Origin: Eledone cirrhosa
Lineage: Eukaryota
NCBI GenBank assembly: GCA_964016885.1
Contig: OZ024741.1
Coordinates: 340,814,001-340,878,000 of the forward strand
Reading direction: 5' to 3'
DNA: 64,000 nt
The notes below the pieces were generated by a model, which saw only the letters and a program-made list of their open reading frames with translations, did no database searches and had not been told where the DNA came from. The translations under genes were made by a program, and so were the position numbers. Positions 29,656 through 43,370 of the stretch are shown piece by piece. Numbering within the stretch: the stretch's first letter is position 1; each line of letters starts with the position of its first letter.

Positions 29656-30000
29656 TTTATATATTTATATATATATATTATAAACATATGTACCTATATA
29701 TATATATATATAGTTGTGTATAGTGGTAGCTATGGTGCTTCCATAGGCGGTATGCCAAAATTAGCACTCGATATTCATCAGAGTAGAGTGTAGCAACATG
29801 CCGGCGAAACATTTGTAACACGAAATAAACTAAGTCCAGATGCATCACTGATTTTTCGTTTTCTTTATAATATCTACACTCTACTCTGATGAATATCGAG
29901 TGCTAATTTTGGCATACCGCCTATGGAAGCACCATAGCTACCACTATACACAACTATATACTACCCTCATCCACAAGTAGAGCGCTTACAGCGATTCGCC

Positions 30001-32880
30001 ATGGAAAAATTCAACTACTCTTCTTCCATGAAAGACATACCGATCCCGTCAGATAACACGTACATGGGCCTGCTGTTATACCACACCAACTTGTTCATCA
30101 GACGCATGAGGTGGCACGCATGTCACCACGACAGGCGGACAGAACAACAAGCGCCAGACGCCCCTCAGGACCGCCTAAAGCGGATATTTAGATCGAGAAG
30201 ACACCCACCACACAATGCACAACTGGAGGAATTTGAAAACCGTATTGTCAACATAGTTCGTAACATCAAGTTCCATAGGAATACTGCGCGACGGACAAAA
30301 TATCTCAAAAGTCTCGCATCCACCATCAAAAGCATGGAAAAATGCCAGGATTTACTAGTGCCCTCGGACAAGACTGGTAACGTATACATGCTTGACCGTT
30401 TTACATATAATGACTGCCTCGGGAAAGAGATTAGGAAAAACTATAGGACCACTGGACAGACAAATTTAGATAGTATTAACGCCACGGCAAAAAGTATACT
30501 GACGGGGCTAGGACTACAGGATAGAACCGAGGTATATGTACCTAGAAAACCACGGATATCTATTAAGGACCACAAATTAGACTTTAAAACTAAACTACCG
30601 GTTAGGTTAATAGCACTCTCCAAATCCGACCTAGGAAGGACCAGTAAGAATATTATAGAGAGGATAATACCGGTACTTAGAAACAAAACTAAGCTTAGCC
30701 TATGGACCTCCACTAAGGAGGTAATTGACTGGTTCTCAGCAATAGATTACAAACACCAAGTAAATTTTATCCAGTGAGACATAGATAGCTATTACGCGTC
30801 GGTATCTCCGATACTAGTCAATAAGGCTCTAATAAGCCCCATGGCCAGATCTAGCCTCACTAGGGACGAGACCAACCTCATAGTAGCAGCCAGAAAGACG
30901 CTAATTAGTTTCGAAGACAAGTTATGGGAGAGGATGGACAGACCCGACAGTTTCGATATCACCATGGGGTCAAGTGACTCGGCGCAGGTGACCGACCTGG
31001 TGGGGATATATCTCATCCATAGGCTGACGGAGGAGATCCCGGGGATCGGAGGTGGAATATTCAGAGATGACGCACTTTTCACCTTCCGTTCCCTTAACCC
31101 CAGTCAGACGGAGCGCATGAGGAAGCGCATATCGCATTTTTTTAAACAACACGGCTTATCCGTGACAATTGACACTAGCACTAAGACGGTCAAATTCCCG
31201 GACGTTACCTTGGAAATGAATACGGCCATAACCCAACGAAAACCTGCAATATGTGAACAGGCAATCGAATCACCCTAAGTCAGTCATAGAAGCCATAGTT
31301 AAAGGGGTGTCAAAACGCGTATCCACCCTGTCGTCGAACGCAGAAGTGTTTAAACAGCACGTCAAATATTATAATGAGACACTGCGCAGGGCCGGTTACA
31401 AATATATATCCCGGATAGAGTAGAGCCTAATGATATGGCGTGCAGAAATGCCAATAGTGAGGGCGCCTCCTTAGGTAGAAGAATTGACGCGGTAGCAGTA
31501 GCCAGGAACACAAATAACAACACTACTAACTTTAATGACACAGGACCGACCCGAGATAGGACTAAGGCACCCATGGGAGCCAGACCACCCGGTGTGCGGA
31601 GGCATGGGCCTGGCACGCACACTGCATACCCAGTGGTAACTGGGACCTTGGACAGGACTTTGACAAATAAGAACGGGGCACACGCCACGGAGCACGACCA
31701 GCCTAGTTCTAGTGCCACAGCACCGACAATAGCATCACATAGACCTAAGGGGAATAGACGTATAGATGACCACATAGCACGACGTAAATTTATAACTGTA
31801 GAACATAACCACGACGAACATAGCGGGCAAATAGACAGGGACAACACACGAGACGAAATTGTGGTTGGGCAGAGCACTGGACGGACACCGAGCCCTGGAC
31901 ACAACAACATGAATCCACGCACACGAAGGAACAGATCTAAGGCCGTTACCTGGTTCAATGCGCCTTACTCTAAACATGTACGCACCAACGTGCCAGGACT
32001 TTTCTTCCAAGCGCTGGATGAGTGCTTCCCGACGACAAATAAGTACCACACAATCTTCAAACCCCACACGGTGAAATTTTCCTTCTCCACGGCGCCGAAT
32101 ATGGCCGACTAAATGGCTAGAACTAACGCGGTGAAGATGGCGCACACTGGCCGTCAACCGCGGCGACAGAGTGACCATGTTTCGGAGCACGGAGAACCAC
32201 CTAGGGATCTGCCTTCAAATGACAACCCGGCCCCCGAGGCGACCAGAGCGCCCGCCGAGGGCGATATGGTCCAACACCGAGAGGGAAATAGTGGCATGGG
32301 GGGGGGGGACAAATGTGTCGGCGGTGCAACACACCGAGAACCCTAAGAGGGCCATAACAGATCGGGGCCCGGACATCGGACGCACAAGAAATGACAGCAG
32401 AACTTGCAACTGTAGAGCGAGCACCCAGTGCGCCCTACAGGGAAATGCTTAATGAAAGACTTAATATACAAGTGTGTGGTTACAACCCAGAATACGCATC
32501 GAACCTATATCGGCACAACATCCACGACCTTTAAATCGCGGATGTATAATCACACGAATTCCTTCAGGGACCGTAGCAAATGGCACTCCACTAGGTTAGC
32601 GGACCTCGTGTGGGACATGAAAGACCACGGCACTCCATACGCCCTGGAATGGAGTATCGTTCGCCACGCGCGTGCATATTCGGCCGGAAGTAGAAAGTGT
32701 CGATTGTGCCTACACGAGGCCATGGAGATAGTCAGACTGAAGGATGACGCCGTCAACCTGAAGTCTGAAATTATCATGACATGCAGACACCAGAGAAGAT
32801 GCACTTTTGCAGCATGGAATCCGCCGGGTGACGCAGCCAGGGTACATGGGAATGAGAACGAACAGACCCGATTGACCTAG
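30001..32880 (+). pseudogene. Disrupted PLE RT-GIY-YIG ORF
   Basis: SMKDIPIP..FIRRMRW, PSDKTGN, KDHK, IQ*DI.SYY, FDITMGS.DSAQVTDLVG, FRDD, SNHP, WFNAPYS and CNCR...C..GKC...IY...YIG. Stops at 30775 and 32110 plus frameshifts. Confidence 0.92.
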
Positions 32881-34449
32881 CGGGAGTAGGGTACCTGACG
32901 ACATACCATGATGACGATGTCCGACCCGTGGGGCAAGGATATGTAAACCGGGTACGCACGTGACCGGGCACGCAACATTGGAAGATACACCGCATGGGCC
33001 GGGACCGGCTGACACCGGGCCCACTGCCGCCCGGACCTGTACACTAAACGTTTAGAACAGCACACCCCAGAGACGGTGCCATGCTCCATGGCGACCGTGG
33101 CGGGCGTCACATTGAATGTGTACACTGTCAATCGTGACTATATACTCTACACCTGTTCCACTTTGGAACAGTGATTGTTAATATTGTTATATCATTGTTC
33201 TGTTACTGTTACCTGTTCTATACCCGGACACAAGTTTGCATCCCATAATACTTGTGTGTAGTATATCGCATGGACGCACGCACCTTCTCCTGCACCCCCT
33301 CCCCGTTTTTTATTTTTTATTTTACCCGTTCCTTCATTTTACCCCTTCTTTTCTTGTACCTATTTATGCAGTTACATACAGATTTTAATGTACCCTAAAA
33401 TATTGTAAATTTATTTATGCATTTTATTTTATTATCATAATGTGTTTATGTTCACGAGTTTTTATGTGTGGACATGTGTGTGGGTATATGTGCGTGTGTA
33501 TGTGTGTGTAGATGCGTATATATATATATATATATATATATACGTGGGTGGGTGTCGGGGTGCGTGTATGGGCATGGGTGCGTGTGTGCACGAGCTTATA
33601 CGCGCCTGTATGTGCAGACGTGCATATATATACATATGTGGCGGAATGTGGGTGTACGTGTGTGTGGGTGTGTGTATATGTGTGTCTATATATGAGCATA
33701 TATATATATATCTATATATGTCTATATGTGTATGTGTGAGTATGTACGTATAGCCACGTATGAGTAGGTGTGTGTGTGCGGGTGGGTAAGTGTGCGTATA
33801 TATATGTGTGTGTGTGTATGTGCATATATGTGGATGCAGGTGCATGCATTTGCGGGCCTCTATATGTGTGTATATGTATTTGTGCATACAAGTATGTGTT
33901 TATGTGCATCTCATAGGAATGTGTGCGGATGATTATATATGGACTATATATGTTTTTTTTATTATTAATATTATTCTTGTATTATTTTATCACATATCCT
34001 CTATATATATATCCGTATATATCCGTATATGTATGTATGAGTCCGTGTACGCGCGCGTGTGTGTGTGTATATATATATATGCGTATATATATATATGTGT
34101 GTATATATGTATAATAGGGGGAGATATATATATGTATATATATATATATCATATTGTATATTATATTACATTGTATATTTTTTTTATATTACGATAATTT
34201 ACCGTTTTTATTGCATAATGTATTTTTAACTGTTCACTTACAGGTATGTTTATATATGTATATGTGGTGGCACTTTTGTGTGTGTAGGCAGATGTGCATG
34301 CGTGCAGGTGTATGCATGTGGCAACATGTATGCGTATGCATGTGTAGATGTATGTATATCGGCCTATGCGTGGGTATTTGTATGTATATGTGTGGATGTG
34401 CGTATGCATGTTAAGTTGTCCCTTTTCTTTTGTGTGTATATATGTATAT

Positions 34450-34494
<45 letters not shown>

Positions 34495-34613
34495 TGTGTG
34501 TGTGTATGTACGTGTGTAGGTAATGTTTATGTACGTATGTGTATTTGTATGTATGTGTGGACATGTGAGTATACATTTGTGTATATATGTGTGTGTATGT
34601 ATGTATGTGTGCG

Positions 34614-34648
<35 letters not shown>

Positions 34649-35306
34649 ATACACATGTGTGTATATATGTATGTATGTGTATGTATGTGTGTATGTTTAT
34701 ATGTGTGTGTATGAGTGTTTATATATATAGATATATAGATATATTTAAATGTATAGAAGGTTGGGCGTATGTGTGTGTGCGCGCGTATGTATGTATATAT
34801 GTGTACGTTTGAATAGGATATGCTTATCCTAATTGATACTGAGAGCGAAGTAAACAACCTTCTGAAGGTTTGTGGCGATATGTATCAACAAGTGGGTGTG
34901 ACTGGGTCCGTGGAAGTGAGGGAGAGAGGGTGTGTGCTTATATATACTGCGATGTATGTATGTGGGTGTGTGGGTGTGTGGGTGTCTGCGCATGTAGGCG
35001 TACGAGTGTGAATGCATCGATAGGTATGTCTGAATGTGTGTGTGTTTTTATGTATGTATTCTAGTATGTGTGGGGCTTACTCTGAGGTGTGAGCAGACGT
35101 GTGAAGTACTGAACCCAGCATGACTCCATTGAAATGTGTCGGACGGAAAATGGTTGATGAACCGTGTGGCAGCAGATACTGACCAGAACTTGTGATGACG
35201 TGGAGTAAAAACAGCCAATGGCATGACAAGAGTGGAAAGAGGGTTTTTTAGGGTGTTGTTTTGATGATAATACCCCAGTGATAAAATTTGCTCCGGACAT
35301 AACACC

Positions 35307-35397
35307 CGTGTCTGAAAGAACCCGCAGAAGTAGAATCAGCCAGATCCATACAAGGACCATGACTCGAGCTACATGCCGGCGAAACATTTGTAACACG
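35307..35397 (+). ncRNA. Hammerhead-like motif with long stem II and variant core (CUGAAAGA)
   Basis: CGTGT-CTGAAAGA-(61 nt)-GAAAC-attt-GTA-ACACG. Stem I pairs perfectly. Confidence 0.65.
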
Positions 35398-35456
35398 AAA
35401 TAAACTAAATCCAGATGCAGCACTGATTTTTCGTTTTCTTTATAATATATATATAT

Positions 35457-35839
35457 ATTCGAGGGTAATCCCAAAAGTCTCCAAAGCGATGGGGACGCAG
35501 AGAAACTGTTCGTACGGCTGTTGGCAACACTGTTGTGATTGGTGCTTCCTTCAAACAAGAATGCGCGCGCTTCGCTGGGATGATCAATCTTGGCTTGGCA
35601 GTCGTTGAGAATGGAGCTCCCGTTGAACGCTACCGCCAAGTGCGAATTTCGCGCAGTTATTATATACGAGGACAATCCCCAAAGTAGGGTCTCCTTCCGA
35701 GGAAAACATGCGTAAAGATCGGCGGATCACCCTGGATGCTCTCTGCATTTTGGTTCTTGAGGTTTCCCGAAGCACCATCCACAGGATTTTAACGGAAAAG
35801 TTGCAATATCGGAAGTTGCAATACCGGAAGGGGACCTTA
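35457..35839 (+). mobile_element. Mariner-derived deleted elements
   Basis: TIR-like cgagg(g/a)(t/c)aatccc(c)aaaagt at 35460 and 35667, inverted at 35820-35839. Peptide remnants: ELPLNATAKCEFRAVI and DRRITLDAL...[17 protein letters not shown]. Confidence 0.7.
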
Positions 35840-35853
35840 CTTTTGGGATTGCC

Positions 35854-35939
<86 letters not shown>

Positions 35940-36139
35940 CATACATGTACATACGTATACATAGGCATGTAAAGATATACACACATACCTGAGATAAACA
36001 TTATAATGCAAATAAGTGACAATACACACGCAATTATAAATGAATCTAAACTATAATAAAGTAAGGAGCGCGTGACTGCGAACGGTCTATAATTTTTTTA
36101 TCCCATTAGTAAAATAAGTTGGATTACTTTGAATAAATA

Positions 36140-36321
36140 AGTGTTTCTACATTTGGCACAAGGCCAGCAATTATCCCAGTGTATTACTGGTGCTTTATTT
36201 TATCGACCCTGTAAGGATGAAAGGCAAAGTTAACCTCGGTGGGATTTGAACTCAGACCATAAAGGGACGTAACTCTTTGCTGCGAAGCATGGCGTCCGGC
36301 CCTCTACCAATACTGCCAATC
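36140..36321 (-). mobile_element. tRNA-derived SINE, same family
   Basis: Reverse complement of the 14840-15023 consensus. Confidence 0.85.
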
Positions 36322-37134
36322 CTTAATGAATGAATATTACATAATTTATCTACTAAATTTCGTGGCTGTTGATTAAATATATTTTGTTTATTTAAAGATT
36401 CACTTCTTAAAATTTCTGAAATGTCAACACTTCCGGCTGGCCATCGCTTAAATAAACATACTAATTTTTTGTCACTAATTTTCTTCTAATGCAGTTTATA
36501 ATATCGTCTTTTTTAATGTATCATGGATTACGTTACTGATTACATAAGACAGTGTAACGCAGTCTTCGTTCAATTTCTATGTATTATATATTGTCAATTA
36601 CGATTTTATTTGATGTATCATATCTACATGTATATATACCTGCGTATAATATCACAATATACACACTACACATGCTAGCAGAAAACCACCCGAAAGGTGG
36701 TTTTTCTGCTAGTACGTTATAATACACGATTTACTATACCTGCAATTCAAAGGACCATTCTTATCACACACTCTGCCTCACTGAATCGCCTTGAGAATTG
36801 TGTTAAGGGTACACGTGTTTGTGAAATATTTAATCAGTTACACTATAATGCAAGACATACTCTACCTGTAATTCAAAGAAACTGTCATGACACACACTGT
36901 GTCATGCGGAATCTCCCTGAGAACTACGTATATATAGTCCTGTCTGTGGAATGTTGAACCACATACACAACATGGATTCTACATGAAATTCAAAAGACCA
37001 ATTTTGCCACAATTTAATGCTGAATCTCCATGATTCTGGTATGTGGAATGTGCAACTACATGCATCTTAATGTCATGAGCAGGTAGCCAGTTTTGTTGAT
37101 CAAACAACTGGGCCAATGGTCGTCGGAACCGACG

Positions 37135-37784
37135 GAGATCCAACAACATGCCTGTGTGTGTGTCTTTCCGTGTATATATATTCAAATATTTAGAATAAAT
37201 GAACCCTTGTGTAAATCTATATGCAATTATCAAACATGATTTGACAAATGAAGAAGGGGAGGTTTGTGGATATTGATCATGAATTGCGGATATTGCATCC
37301 TTTTAATAGGTCAAGCCTTGGTCTAACTATAATGAACGAGCCATGAATTAGAATTCAATGTGGTTGTTGAAGTTATGGTAGTTTTTGTCGTTCTAGTTGT
37401 TGTTGTTGTTGTTGTTGAAAGTACGTAAGTAACAACAACAACATCAAGCGCAACATCATCAGCAACAACAACCACAACAACAAAAATATCAACAGCTTCC
37501 TCAACAACAACAACAACAACTAGAACGACAAAAACTACTACTACAACAACAACCACATTGAATTCCAATTAGTCATGGCTCGTTCATTATAGTTAGACCA
37601 AGGCTTGACCTATTAAAAGGATGCAATATCTGCAATTCATGATCAATATCCACAAACCTCCCCTTCTTCATTTGTCAAATCATGTTTGATAATTGCATAT
37701 AGATTTACACAAGGGTTCATTTATTCTAAATATTTGAATATATATACACGGAAAGACACACACACAGGCATGTTGTTGGATCTC
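37135..37784. repeat. Inverted duplication with ~280-bp arms around a (GTT/AAC)n-rich spacer
   Basis: 37135-37418 is nearly the reverse complement of 37501-37784. Confidence 0.9.
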
Positions 37785-37858
37785 ATATGTATATATATAT
37801 ATATTTTTTTTTTATATATATAGTATAGTGAAAATTATATTTTATATATATATATATA

Positions 37859-38015
37859 TATTGTTATATTTGGGGAGGGGCATATTGTTGTAATACTATT
37901 GCCAGAAATAATAACAGAACACACTCACTGTTTGGTTGGTTTTCGCTTCTGTATCTTTTATATATCCATAGTTAATTTATTTGGCAATCAATGTTTATCA
38001 TTGATTGACCAACGG

Positions 38016-38069
<54 letters not shown>

Positions 38070-39878
38070 GAGAGTCTATCAAAGTTCTTTGGTTGCACAT
38101 CTGCAACATCACCAGTGGTACTATTATTTGAGTGTATGTGTTTTTGGTTTTGTATTGTATCTTTGTTCACTAGTGTGTGTTTATATATGTTTGTTGTTAT
38201 TTTACTTGTGCATATATTTATTTATTTATTTAGATTAACCTTAAGTCAGTATTGTTCGTTTGGGTGTGGTTGTTGTTGTTATTCCATTCATTCTTTTCTG
38301 TTTAACTTTGATCTTCTTAGCTCTCAGTTGCTTCTCTGATTTGCCTACCTGTTGAGTCATTTCTATGTTTAGATATTATTTAAATTTCTATGTTGTCTAT
38401 ATTACCGTCATGTCTATGTCTGGCGTGTTCGTATAGTACTGAACCGGTTTTTTTTTTTGGGGGGGGGGGGGGGGGGGGAGTCCTTTTAATTCCCCCCAGT
38501 GTTGGTCTATTCTTTCTCCCATGCTTTGAGCTGTCTCACCTATGTATGTCGTTGTCATGTTTCTGCATGTACCCTCTGTACATCTTATGCTATAGACTAC
38601 ATTTCTATTTTTACAATTTATCTGGGGGTTCATTTTACATATAACACATTTCTAATTTGTACAGTGGGGTTTCTTAAAGGGGTATGTTTTGCTGATCAGG
38701 GATTTTATGGTAGTTCCTGGCTTTTCTACCACTTTAATCTTTAAATGGGTCTTTCTTAGGGCCTTTCTACATTGGTTAGCTAATTTTCCTCCAGGGTAGC
38801 ATCCACGGACATGACACTCTGGTATCTCTGGTTGTCGTACCATTAAGTGGCTTTCCCTATCTTATGTTTAGTTCTATCTAAGCTATTCCATGATTTTCTC
38901 CTGTATAATGGGCAAATTCCTTTCATATCCATTTCTATGAGGGTCTTATATTTCTCCGTGGTTCCTTTGTATACTCTGATTCTGTCTCTGCCAGAGAACT
39001 GCATGCAATTGATGAAGTGTTGGGTGTGTCTTTCCATTTCAATTGGGTCGCAAATGCGGGACACATTCTTCATCACTCTTACCAAGTCTGCAATCAGAAA
39101 CTTAGCACTATTGGACATTGCTGAGTTATTGAGTATCAGGAACTTGGAGGCCATGGGTTTAGCATAGTGTGAGTGGAGAATTTGATCCCCCTCGTCTATA
39201 GTGTTAATCTAGAGTTCCGTGTCTAATACTGGTAGTCTATTGTTAGGGTGTTTGGAAGGGTAGTCAACAGTTTCAGTTATACACTGGTGTATGTAGTGCT
39301 ATTTTCTAAATCATGTTTATTAGTACTCTCTTGTGGGGGTGTTTTTTATTACTATATTAATATCGTCTACGTAACGAGAGTACATGACGAGGTCTACGGA
39401 GCTCTCTTCAAGGAGTTCTCTGAGTCTCCTCTCCCATAAATAGATTGGCAGCATCACCAGCTATGCTGACGCCAATGGCTGCTCCCTCATTCTGGATGTA
39501 GATCTTTTCGTTAAATTTAAACATATGGTCCTTTCGAGACAGAGACAAGAAAAAAAATAAAATAAAAAATAAATAAAAATGGCGTAGACATTACAATACA
39601 ATAGGAGCCAACATAATAGTACCACTGATGATGTTGCAGATGTGCAACGAAAGAACTTTGATAGACTATATATATATATATTTATATCTGTATTTTTAAC
39701 CGTTGGCCAATCAATGATAAACATTGATTGCCAAATAAATTAACTATGGAGATATAAAAGATACAGAAGCGAAAACCAACCAAACAGTGAGTGTGTTCTG
39801 TTATTATTTCTGGCAATATTATTACAACAATATGACCCTCCCCAAGTACAATAATATTTGTTTCGACACACGAATTCA
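37859..39878 (-). mobile_element. Older degenerate relative of the 19137-21900 PLE, also with an inverted pLTR
   Basis: Fragments YSRYVDDINI, RLPVLDTEL, LIADLVRVMKNVSR, VVEKPG and NVVYSIRC..YIGET. pLTRs at 37859-38170 and 39590-39878 (inverted). Decayed hammerheads at 39621-39662 (+) and ~38078-38120 (-). Confidence 0.88.
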
Positions 39879-40015
39879 TATATATATATATATATTTTAC
39901 ATATACATACATACATATATATACATATATATATATACATATATATATAAACATGCATATATATACATATACATAAATATATATACATATATATATAAAC
40001 ATATATATATATATA

Positions 40016-40069
<54 letters not shown>

Positions 40070-40168
40070 CACATATATATATATACATATATACATATAT
40101 TCATTTTTTCCGTTTATATATATATGTATATGTATATGTGTATATATATATATCTGGCAGGAAGGTGT

Positions 40169-40211
40169 ACGTTGCTGACGATAGCTAATAAGCTTGAAAC
40201 TAGTACAGCGT
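40169..40211 (+). ncRNA. Minimal type I hammerhead ribozyme (solo pLTR fragment)
   Basis: ACGTTG-CTGACGA-t-AGCT-aata-AGCT-t-GAAAC-TA-GTA-CAGCGT. Confidence 0.85.
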
Positions 40212-40414
40212 TCCTTTGTCAGTGTTAAACAAACGAGCAATGGTGGTTGCTAGACACTACGGCTTAATACGGGATGTTTGTTTACAAACACACCGAGCAT
40301 TATAATAAATGTTCGGTGAATCCATACGTACATATATATATGTGTGCATGTATGTATATATATATACATACTACTGTACGTCTATATACATATATGTATG
40401 TACGTGTACATACT

Positions 40415-40460
<46 letters not shown>

Positions 40461-40666
40461 CACATTTTAGTACAGCCTTAACGAAGCTTTAGTTCGCGGC
40501 CAAGCTAACGAATGCAAATTCGGTATGTAGCTTTAGCACTCGGATGGGGAAAAGTACCCCAGAGTAATAACAATACGTTTAGACAGCTTAGCAAATCAAA
40601 TATAGCGATCGGCAGTCCAGCCGCATCACTAGAGCAACGAAAATACAGGACTCAGGAAAAGATTTT

Positions 40667-40811
<145 letters not shown>

Positions 40812-40896
40812 GAGGGGGAGAGAGAGTCTGTGGTAGTGCGTTCAAATCACAAATATAGGCGAAAACGTTGTAAACTAAAACCAGCAGCATTGTCAA

Positions 40897-41600
40897 GGAC
40901 GGTAAATTGGCAGTATTGGTAGGGGGTCGGACACCATGCTTTTCAGCATAGAGTTATGCTCCTTTACGATATGAGTTCAAATCCCGCCGTGGTTAACTTT
41001 GCCTTTCATCCTTACGGGGGTCGATACAATAAAGCACCAGTAATGCACTGAGGTCGATTTAATCGACTTACCCCTCCCCCCAAATTACTGGCCTTGTGCC
41101 TATATTAGAAATCATTGTCACCTCTTTTTGATGAGACCGACGAAGTGTAACTGTCTACGTCATCATAAGTTGGCTGTTAGCTTATATAGTGTTGATATAC
41201 TGTATTTCAGATAACAATCAGCGTTGATTGTTATCTGCAATCGACACTACTGCATGACTGGTGCTTTATTTTATCGACCTCGTAAGGATGAAAGGCAAAG
41301 CTAACCTCGGTGGAATTTGAACTCAGAATGTAAAGAGTCATAACTCTACGCCGCTAAGCATGTTGTCCGACCCTCTACCGATACTGCCAATCCACCGCCC
41401 TATATCAAACATTAATAATTGTTTCTACCTTTGGTACAAGGCCAGCAATTACCCAGTGCATTACTGGTACTTTATTTTGTCGACCCCGTAAGGATGAAAG
41501 GCAAAGTTAACTACGGCGGGATTTGAACTCAGAATGGTAAGGGCCGTAACTCTATGCGTCAAAGCATGGCGTCCGACCCTCTACCGATACTGCCAATCCA
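40897..41600. mobile_element. Cluster of three SINEs: 40897-41116 (+, long form), 41255-41400 (-), 41413-41600 (-)
   Basis: Each matches the family consensus (gagttcaaatcccgcc..ttaactttgcctttcatccttacggggtcgata). Confidence 0.85.
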
Positions 41601-41931
41601 ACAAACAACCATATATATATATATATATAAATATGTGTGTGTGTGTGTATGTAGGGGGTATTTATGAGTACGTGCGCCCAAGCGTGTATGCAAGTACGTA
41701 CGTATGTATGTATGTATGTATGTATGTATGTATGTATGTATGTATCCGGCTGCCTGTGCTGCTGAAATATTCCCGGTTTCTAATATATTAACAAGTTGAT
41801 CTTTAACATTTAAACTTTGCGTTTTCTATTTTATTTCATATTTCTTTCCAGATTAAGCATATTAATATATTTATTTATCTATTTATTTATTTTTGCCATT
41901 TCAATTGCTGCTACTCAAATAGAGATTCAAA

Positions 41932-42016
<85 letters not shown>

Positions 42017-42310
42017 TGTGTGTGTGAGGTTATATTGGAGTTTACTAATATATGTCTTTGTAAAGATTATAGAAGCTCAATGCTAATCAGCATCCTTGGT
42101 CAATCTGTAACCCAAAGAGGCTGAACGAATTTTCAAACTCAATAGATTACGTTCTAGACTTTTATGGCACAAACTGCAGAGCTCACCAGTAGAGTAAAAT
42201 TATGTTATAAGTCTAAATTGGTTATTTACTCTTAATTTATCATATATATATACATATATTTCTCCAAGATAATAGCTAACTGAATACACACGTGCTTTTT
42301 CTCAAAGATA

Positions 42311-42935
42311 TTCTTCTTCTTCTTCTTCTTCTTCTTCTTCTTCTTCTTCTTCTTCTTCTTCTTCTTCTTCTTCTTCTTCTTCTTCTTCTTCTTCTTCTTC
42401 TTCTGTGATCTCTCAAGTCGGAGAAGTAGCTCTACCTAGAGTGACTCTCTGATATCCGTGTTATGCACTCTATCGAGTAACGATACTCTAGAAACCCTTC
42501 GGCGGAACCCCAATTCGTCTGCTTGTATTCGCAATCGTATTCTTTCGGTCATTACCCAAGATTCATGATAAGGGTTGGCACGAGTACCGAATTGAAGATA
42601 GCGAGTTTGACTTTTACGACTACTTCCCTTCTTCAGATTTCCGAATGCTGAAACTGGCGCATTACTGCACCAGCTCCTGCAATTCTTGCACTTACTTCAT
42701 TCTCCTGAACATGGCCCCGAGATACTTGAACTTCTCTACCTGTGTCAGTGGAACTCCATTCACATGTAGAGTGTACTGTGTAGGATTCCTTGTGAGGGCG
42801 TTTTTGCAGCACTAATTTTCATTCTAGCCATGCAGTACTCGGGATCAAACCTATTGAGTGCAAATTGGAGATCACCTTTTAAATGATACCATGCCATCTG
42901 CAAATTTCAGCCAACTGATTCTACACCCGCTAGTC
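42311..42935 (-). mobile_element. RTE-clade LINE fragment next to a (GAA)n tract
   Basis: Minus strand reads FADG..DLQFALNRF..MKISAAK..VNGVPLTQVEKFKYLG..HESWVMTERIRLRIQADELGFRRRV..DRVHNTDIRESL. Confidence 0.8.
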
Positions 42936-43003
42936 ATGATACCACTGTATTTGATCCGGGACTGTACGTTCTTGTTTGAAATTCTGCCTTCCTCTGCCAG
43001 AAG

Positions 43004-43370
43004 TTGCGACCGGCAGTATCAGCAATAGAAAGACAAACGGATACATTGTTTCCTCGCTCCAATCTCATAATCGACTCCTTTCTTCTGCGAGGAAATGCGA
43101 CTGACATATACGTATCAGCAATGGAAAAACTAATGGACACACTTTTTCGTTGGTCCTATCGGACAATTGACTTTTTTTTTCAATTAGGAGTTGCGACAGA
43201 CATATACGTATCAGCAAGGGAAAAACTAATTGAAATATTGTTTTCTTCGTCTGATGTGATGATCGGTTCCTTTCTTTTGTTAGGAGTTGTGACCGGCAGA
43301 TACTATCAGCAATGGAAAGACCACAGAAAATATTGTTTCCTTGGTTCAATCTAACAATCGGTTCCTTTGT
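43004..43370. repeat. Diverged ~95-bp tandem repeat, ~3.7 units
   Basis: Recurrent gcgac..(c/g)a..tatcagcaa(t/g)ggaaa..attgtttc. Confidence 0.75.

Larger units (their letters stand above)
29708..35450 (+). mobile_element. Near-full-length Naiad-like PLE (~5.7 kb) with a microsatellite-rich 3' UTR
   Basis: The partial 5' pLTR at 29796-29873 matches the 3' end at 35371-35448. 29708-29793 is an inverted copy of the 5' UTR at 29874-29960. TA flanks. Confidence 0.88.

Noticed and set aside
29806-29892. Permuted hammerhead from GAAAC..GTA (29806) and CTGATGA (29886)
   Set aside because: The required stem I (acacg vs ctact) and stem II do not pair.
30775-30777. In-frame TGA in a Naiad-like RT as selenocysteine (some Naiads are reported selenoproteins)
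   Set aside because: It aligns to the aromatic residue of QFDI rather than a Cys. The copy also has other stops and frameshifts, and I saw no SECIS. A nonsense mutation is more likely.
36960-37152. Host exon or gag fragment
   Set aside because: Splice-like ends exist on the minus strand, but all frames hit stops and no motif was recognisable.
43004-43370. CRISPR-like array
   Set aside because: Whole ~95-bp units are diverged tandem copies without unique spacers, and the context is eukaryotic.
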